Assembly (NCBI RefSeq): GCF_009914755.1
Contig: NC_060925.1
DNA from: the human T2T-CHM13v2.0 reference genome, Homo sapiens
DNA length: 64,000 nt
Strand: one strand, 5' to 3'
Part shown: piece after piece, positions 57,280 to 64,000 of the stretch
How the letters are laid out: the number at the start of each line of letters is the position of its first letter
Position numbering within the stretch: position 1 is the first letter of the stretch
Made by a program: the position numbers and the translations under genes
Notes under the pieces: generated by a model
Database searches by the model: none
What the model saw: only the letters and a program-made list of their open reading frames with translations
Told to the model about the DNA's origin: nothing

Positions 57280-57860
57280 TCATACACATATACAACCCAC
57301 AAAGCCACACACATACATAGCACAAATACACACACAGATAGACACAGCACACACAGACACATACATCACACACACACAGACACAAACATGCACACTACAC
57401 ACATGCACAGCCCACATAAACACCCACAGAGTTGCAAATATACACAGCACAAATACACACACAAATAGACCACACGCAGAGAGACACATCACACATACAC
57501 ACAGATACAAATATACACACCACACACAAACACAGAGAGACACACACACCACACATACAACACACACAAACATACACACTACACACATACACAACCCAAT
57601 AAACACCCACAGAGCCACAAACATATGTAACACAAATACACAGAGAGACACACCATGCAAAGACCCAGAGAAACACCATATACCACACATATGCACACAC
57701 AAACGTGCACACCCAACACATCACCACGTGCAACACATACACCATACACGGAAACACATGAAGACACTTACGTACACCACACACACATATACACACACAG
57801 ACACAAACATACGCAGCGCACACACACCACACACATACGCAGGCTCATGCACATACTCTA
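57280..57860. repeat. Degenerate CA-rich low-complexity array
   Basis: Direct reading; source of several spurious Cys/Val or His/Thr ORFs. Confidence 0.9.
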
Positions 57861-58992
57861 CAAAAAGTGCCTCACTACAGGACAGCCATATCCTAAAAGG
57901 CTTAAAATAATGGTTATATGGCCTACAAACGCAGAAGGTGTGTATACAAACCAGTAAAAGAAATGAAAGAAAGCATCAAAAATGGTAAATACACGAAGAT
58001 AAAATCCCTGTTGAAATGCACGCATGATATTTATTGGGATTGGAGGACAATTCAGGCAACACAAATAATTGATATTTAGTAATCTTTGGATTGTTCCTTG
58101 TGAACTTATTCAGTTGAACAGCACATTTTTTCAAGTGGCTGCCCTTTAGCCCCTGTACACTCACTGTGTGGCCACTGACTTACACCCACTGGGCATCTGC
58201 CAAGTCCCTACCTCATCTCCCTCCCTTCCAAATGTACCTGTCTGGGGACAGCCCTGCAGAGCCCCTGCAGCGCCTGTTTGATGATAGAGCTTGCCACCCA
58301 GTCCCTCTCATTCTTCCAAGCTCCTTTCCTGCCCAAGTCAGGAAAGTCCCACAGTTCTTGTCTCATAGTACACACAGGGAAGTTCAGGGATTTGGTGCTA
58401 ACTTTAGTTAGACCCCGGCTTCCCAGAGCCCTGATTTCTTCCAGGGCTATAGCAGTTTATCTCTGTGTGCCCAGGGGGTGCTCAGGCCCAGGAATTGTGA
58501 ATATTAGATGTTCCCTTTAGTATTTCTAAGATCCTATAGGGAAGAGTGGGAAATTGAAGTTAAGGGACAACTAGCAGGTGAGAATGACAGCTGGGGATTA
58601 TTGACCAAGAAGGAAAGGATGGGCTGGTTGTAAATATACCTTCAAGACCCATTATCTTACTGAACTTGAAAGCTAGAGGGGAATGTACAGAGACCATCAG
58701 CTATAACCCCTTCATCTTCCAGATGTAGAATCTGAGGCCAGAAGAGTGAAACAATATGTCTAAAGTCAAAACCAATTAATTAGAAGCGACTCTGTGATCG
58801 CAAATGTAGAATTCTTCCCTAATGGAGCACTGGTTACCATTTTCTATTTTCTGATTCTATGGTATTATTTCACCGACTTGATGTATGGACCAAGATATTA
58901 TTCTGGATTTGAGATTTTATTAGAGAAGCTAACAAAGTAAACATACTTTATTTAGGACTTTCCATTTTATTAGATGAATATTATATTCCTCT

Positions 58993-59438
58993 TTTCCTAA
59001 AGCAGGAGATGCTTATGTTGGACAACCAACTTTTATATAATATAATATAGAATATATATAATTTTATATATAACATAATATAGAATATTATTATTTCATT
59101 TAACATTTAAATAGTCCTGCCAGGTGGATACTACACATTTTATAATCAAGAGAGGAACAGTAGTTCTGGGAACGTGATTAAAGATGAATGAAGATCAACC
59201 CACTCAAGTTGGTCTGGCTTCCATGTCATGGAATTTCTGCATTGCCACTCTGCTTTGCAAGCTTAGGAGACACCTGCTGTGGTTTGAATGTTCATCCCCT
59301 CAAAACTCTTGTTAGCCTGAGTAGAGGGCACCCTGCACTCACTCTCCTGCCACCACAGTTGGCAACTTTTAGGAGCATATTCTTGCTCTACTGTGGTTGA
59401 TTTGTATTTTGTTTTTCCTTCTTTGTTTTTCCTTTCCT
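58993..59438. repeat. Mosaic of locally templated copies (inverted 59512-59551, inverted 60541-60764, direct 60991-61102)
   Basis: Base-by-base comparison: 3/40, 10/224 and 4/112 mismatches. Confidence 0.93.
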
Positions 59439-59486
59439 ATAATATAATATAATATAATATAATATAATATAATATAATATAATATA
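59439..59486. repeat. (ATAAT)n pentanucleotide microsatellite
   Basis: Direct reading. Confidence 0.95.
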
Positions 59487-60000
59487 GAATATTATATAAA
59501 AGGCACAACACAAGTTGGTTGTCCAACACAAACATCTCCTGCTTTAAGAAAGTTCAAAATAGAAAAATAATAAAAGTATGATTGCCTCATTACAAAATAT
59601 ATTTTATAGTAGGGTTTTTGTTTTTTGAAAAGATGTTCCCACTACATATTTCAACTCTGAAGTTTTCAGGGATAACTCAAGAAAAAATGGTATAAGTCAA
59701 GAAAAATAATGAATGTATATGTACTTTTGGCAAACTAATAATTCACAGGTAAGTATGTGTTTTTACTAGATTTATAAAACAGTAAGAAACAGGAAAGATG
59801 TGTGGATTAGTAATGTGAAAACAGAGGTCTACTTTACATTTGCCATAATTCCAGGCTTACATGAATCCCTTAAACTTTGTAAGCCTCTATGTCCTCCTCC
59901 AGAAAATTTGTTATTTTCTGGGTTTTTTTGTTATTTTTTATTTTCTGTTATTTTCTGGAGGAGGACATTGACTGGGACCAAATGAGTTCTATGGGTTTGC

Positions 60001-60579
60001 TGTAATCTATTTTCTGTTGCTTATAACAGAATACCTGAAACTGGGTTATTTATAAAGAAAAGAGATTTATTTCTTATAATTCTGAAGGCTGAGAAGTCTA
60101 AGGGTATGGCTCAGGATTCCACAAGGGCCCTCTTGCTGGAGAGGATCCCTCTAAAGAGTCCCAGCCTGGTGTAGAGCATCACATGCTGAGGGGACTGAGT
60201 GTGCTTGCTCAGGTCTCTCTTTCTCCACTTTTTATTTTTTTAATTTTAAAGTTTTTATTTGTAGAGATGGGGTCTTTCTATGTTGCCCAGGCTGGTATCA
60301 ACCTCCTGACCTCAAGCAATCCTCCCGCCTCAGTCCCCCAAAATGCTGAGATTACAAGAGTCAGCCACAGCACCTGGCCTATTTCTCCTCTTCTAAAGCC
60401 ACTAGTGCCACTCCCATGATAACCCATTATTCCATTAATCCATACATGGATTAATTCATTCATGAGTGGAGAGCCATCATTACCCAATCACCTCTTAAAG
60501 GCTTCACCTCTCAATACTGCTAAATTGGGGACTAAGTTTCAACAGGAGTTTTGAGGGGATGAACATTCAAACCATAACA
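60001..60579 (-). mobile_element. MST-like solo LTR containing a minus-strand FLAM/Alu monomer (~60229-60379)
   Basis: ataacagaatacctgaaactggg...cccaatcacctcttaaagg...ttcaaaccataaca. Confidence 0.87.
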
Positions 60580-61289
60580 GGGGTCTCCTAAGCTTGCAAA
60601 GCAGAGTGGCACTGCAGAAATTCCACGACATGGAAGCCAGACCAACTTAAGTGGGTTGATCTTCATTCATTTTTAGTCACCTTCCCAGAACTACTGTTCC
60701 TCTCTTGATTATAAAATGTGTAGTATCCACCTGGCAGGACTATTTAAATGTTAAATGAAATAATGGCCACAAAGTGCCTAGCCATTGCCTGCCTCAACAT
60801 TGATGTTCAGTAATTTTAGTTTCATATCCACCTCCAACTTTGCCATTCTACTCATTGATAAACATATCAAATGTATAAAGAACTCACAGCATCCATCTGA
60901 CTCAGTGAGCCATTTGGAGATTCAGTAATGAAAGACAATGTCATCCTTCCACGACGTGCCTTTTGCTTTCAATGTGGGAGGGATGGAAGCTAGCCTGAGT
61001 GGAGGGCACCCTGCACTCACTCTCCTGCCACCACAGTTGGCAACTTTTAGGAGCATATTCTTGCCCTACTGGGGTTGATTTGTATTTTGTTTTCCCTTCT
61101 TTTCACTGAGTTTTGCCTACTTGCTTCTTACTGATGATTTCATTTCATTGAGATTCATATACACAAACACACGCACGCACACACACAACACATATATTTG
61201 TCTGCCTCTCCCTTCAGTCATGGATCATTTCCTGCTTAAATCATTTCCCCAGGCTCCCCTCTCCTTCATCTGGCTAACCCTTCAGCTTT

Positions 61290-61575
61290 CCTCATGGAAA
61301 CTTTTCTGACCCTTCACCATTCTTCCTATTTGCTTTCATAGCACCCTATGTTCTTCCTTCCTAACACTTACCATGATCAAAATTGCATAATTTATTTGTG
61401 TCATATTAGTCTGACTCCCTTTCCAGGCTGCAGGCTCCAAGAAGACAGCAAGCTTGTCTATTTTGTTCACTGACCTGTCCCTAAGACTTGCAGTGCTTAG
61501 CATTTAGTAGGGGCTCCAGAAATATGTGTGGAGTGGATGGATGGGCAAATAAATGAAAGGTGAATGAATGAATAA
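61290..61575 (+). mobile_element. L2 3' end
   Basis: ttgtctattttgttcactg...tgaatgaatgaat. Confidence 0.7.
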
Positions 61576-64000
61576 GGCCCAGAAGCTGGCTTTCATCCAT
61601 AAGAATGGGCTAGCTCTGCGGTGGCAGGTCTGCCCCTTTCCTCATTTCATATAGAGCTTCATCTTCACTCTTGCCATTGGCAGGATTCCTCCACAGCTTC
61701 TCCTACACTCTCTTAAAATGAAATTGATGAAATTGATTTACTAGTAACATGAACAGTTCAGCCAGAAAGTTTTCATAGATCATGATTCTACAGAAATGCA
61801 ATCTTGCTCAAACTGTGGCTTAAACACACATCCATAATACCCTCTGTGTCTTCTAATAGGGTACCAGAATCTACTTTGGGATAGCCCACATGGTTATTAA
61901 GAGAAGTAGGATGGTTAAAGGATCTTACAAACAACAGGACCCATTTTAGATTCCACGGTGACAACTTTTCTAGCCCAACAGTTCACCACTAAAGATTCTG
62001 CATGCATCATTTGGGGTCCCTTACTTTTGCCTCTTGGATTTCCTACCCTCTTTGTGCCCCCAGTTAATCAAATGAGCAGGTGAGCAGGAAAGAGCTCCTT
62101 AAAAGTAAGGTGTGGGTTTAAATCAAATCAGTCTTTTTTCCTATTGACGACTGCCCACAGAGCATAAAGAGTACTTGAGACTTGGAGAGAAAAGTCAAGG
62201 AGGGAGCAGAAAGTGAGGCAGAACCATGGATTTTTTTCTCTTTATGTTTCTGTCCTTAATAAAATAGCAACACGAAGGCTTCTCAGATGATGAGTGGTTT
62301 TCCTCTTCCAGTCCAGTCTAAGAATCAGGTTGAACAACTGCAGGCAGCTATGTAAGAAATAGTTTCCAAAATAATTTTCCATAGCTCTGCTGTGTTTGGG
62401 TCAACCCTCAGGCTTCCTGACAATAGATTTGTTCTTGTTTCCTCCTGATACCTGGTGCAGTGCTTTGGTGATTGTGCTGAGAGGACATGAGTACCCGCCT
62501 CTCAAACTCCCAGAGGTAAACTGGCATTATGAAGGAACAATAGCCCAAGTTTATGTTTGGAGGGAATATATTGAAGGATGCTATGTTTAATTTCACTGCT
62601 TCCGTGAATGGTCTTCAAGATGAATAGCTTCAAGATTCCTATGATTTCTCATTTCTTTTTTCTTTAAATAGCATATCAGGGCCCCCAGTTCAGCCTAAAT
62701 AGCGTTCATTTCAGCAATTCAGACCTGTCTGCGTGTGTGTCACAGAAAGGCGGGGCAAGGGTCACTTTGGAAGGGGATTTTGGTGGTGGGAGTCTATACC
62801 CTGGAGTGGAGCCGGCTTGGGTACTTCAGACATCAGCGGGCTCCTCCCTTGGCTCCAGGTAAAAAGAAACTGTACACTGAAGCTGCAATAGCCAGTTTTC
62901 AGAAGCTAGGGGAGATGTGAACAGCACAATCTGATGCCGGGGGAGAAAAGGTAGCTAAAGTGGGAAGGAGCAATATTCTGTCTGCTTCTGTGCTAATCCT
63001 GCAGCATTTGGGGGATCTTGAATTCTTCTGAGACTGTAACTATCTATATCTTTGGGGACATGGTGGCAGCAGCGTTGGCAGACATCAGCACCCTCATGGG
63101 GCAGAGTCCATGCGGGATCATGTGGGCACATGCAAAAGATTCCTGAGGATTCCTGATGAAACCTAAAGGAGAGATCTCACAGAGAGGGTGGAGGATGCAG
63201 GAGCCCATCGGACAGCAATGATCATTGTTAATGTGACCCTGTTTGGAAACTTAAGTGTAGAACAGGGAAAGCACACATTACAGGAGAATTATAAAATGTC
63301 AGTGCTGGGAAGGATCTTAGAGATTATCTAGTCAAATATCCCTCATGATACAGGTGATGATAGCAAGGCCCAAACAGGATAGGCTACCCACCCTTGCTTG
63401 ATGACCAGTTCACAACATAACCAGGGTAGAACATAGTTCTCTGGAGGCTCAGCCCATGACACATGATGGACTCCTGACATTCTTCACATGTTTGTAGGGC
63501 ACTGAGGACTTCTGTTGTCTATGGGGAGAAAGTGTCTTCTAAGCACATACTACTTTGAGGGAAGTCCAGGGTGCCTTAAGTCAAATGGAACTTGGGCTAT
63601 GGGCTGGGGTATTCTGTCCAGGGTACTCTTTTGGGAAGCCTGTTAGGTGGAGCTTTGCTGGTATTTGCTCTAAGAAGGTGCAGCTTCAACTCTGGCTAGG
63701 TAAGGTCAGAAAGGGAAAGGAGGAGCCTCCTAGAAACAGCATCGGCTGGATCTTGGGAATTCAGTCTGCTTACCTGCCTCTGCTCATATCTTCACAGATT
63801 TTTTTCCCTCTCAAAAAACTGGATTCACCCACAGAGTCTGCCAGCACTGGAGCAGTAAAAGACACAATGTATGTGTCTGTGAGTTTTGTTTTGTTTTAAC
63901 CAAAATTCTCTCTGCTGCTATTTCAGCTCATTTATTCTTGATTTGGCCTGAGCAAATCTGAAGCCATGTGTTATTGTTATTTATATTTCTTCATGAAATT

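Noticed and set aside
56832-57957. Long Cys/Val- and His/Thr-rich ORFs
   Set aside because: Artefacts of the CA/TG low-complexity tract

Overview
Primate (most likely human or ape) non-coding DNA, intergenic or intronic, roughly half made of interspersed repeats: Alu, L1, L2, L3/CR1, MIR, MaLR/ERVL LTRs and hAT/Mariner MITEs. I found no intact protein-coding gene; nearly all listed ORFs are repeat-derived or chance. The only gene-derived element is a disabled YPEL5 processed pseudogene (minus strand, 2688-3902) inserted into a MIR with a 16-bp target-site duplication (TSD). The largest element is a full-length, dead L1PA7-like LINE (39111-46031). It sits inside an Alu, is interrupted by a younger L1PA3-like fragment, and keeps an open antisense ORF0-like frame. 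The most unusual structure is a ~450-bp mosaic at 58993-59438 built from inverted and direct copies of nearby sequence (multi-template-switch signature). Two smaller unexplained local duplications occur at 9701/10293 and 36606/37751. I see no convincing evidence of a new biological system. Repeat subfamily calls are by eye from remembered consensus sequences, and their boundaries are approximate.
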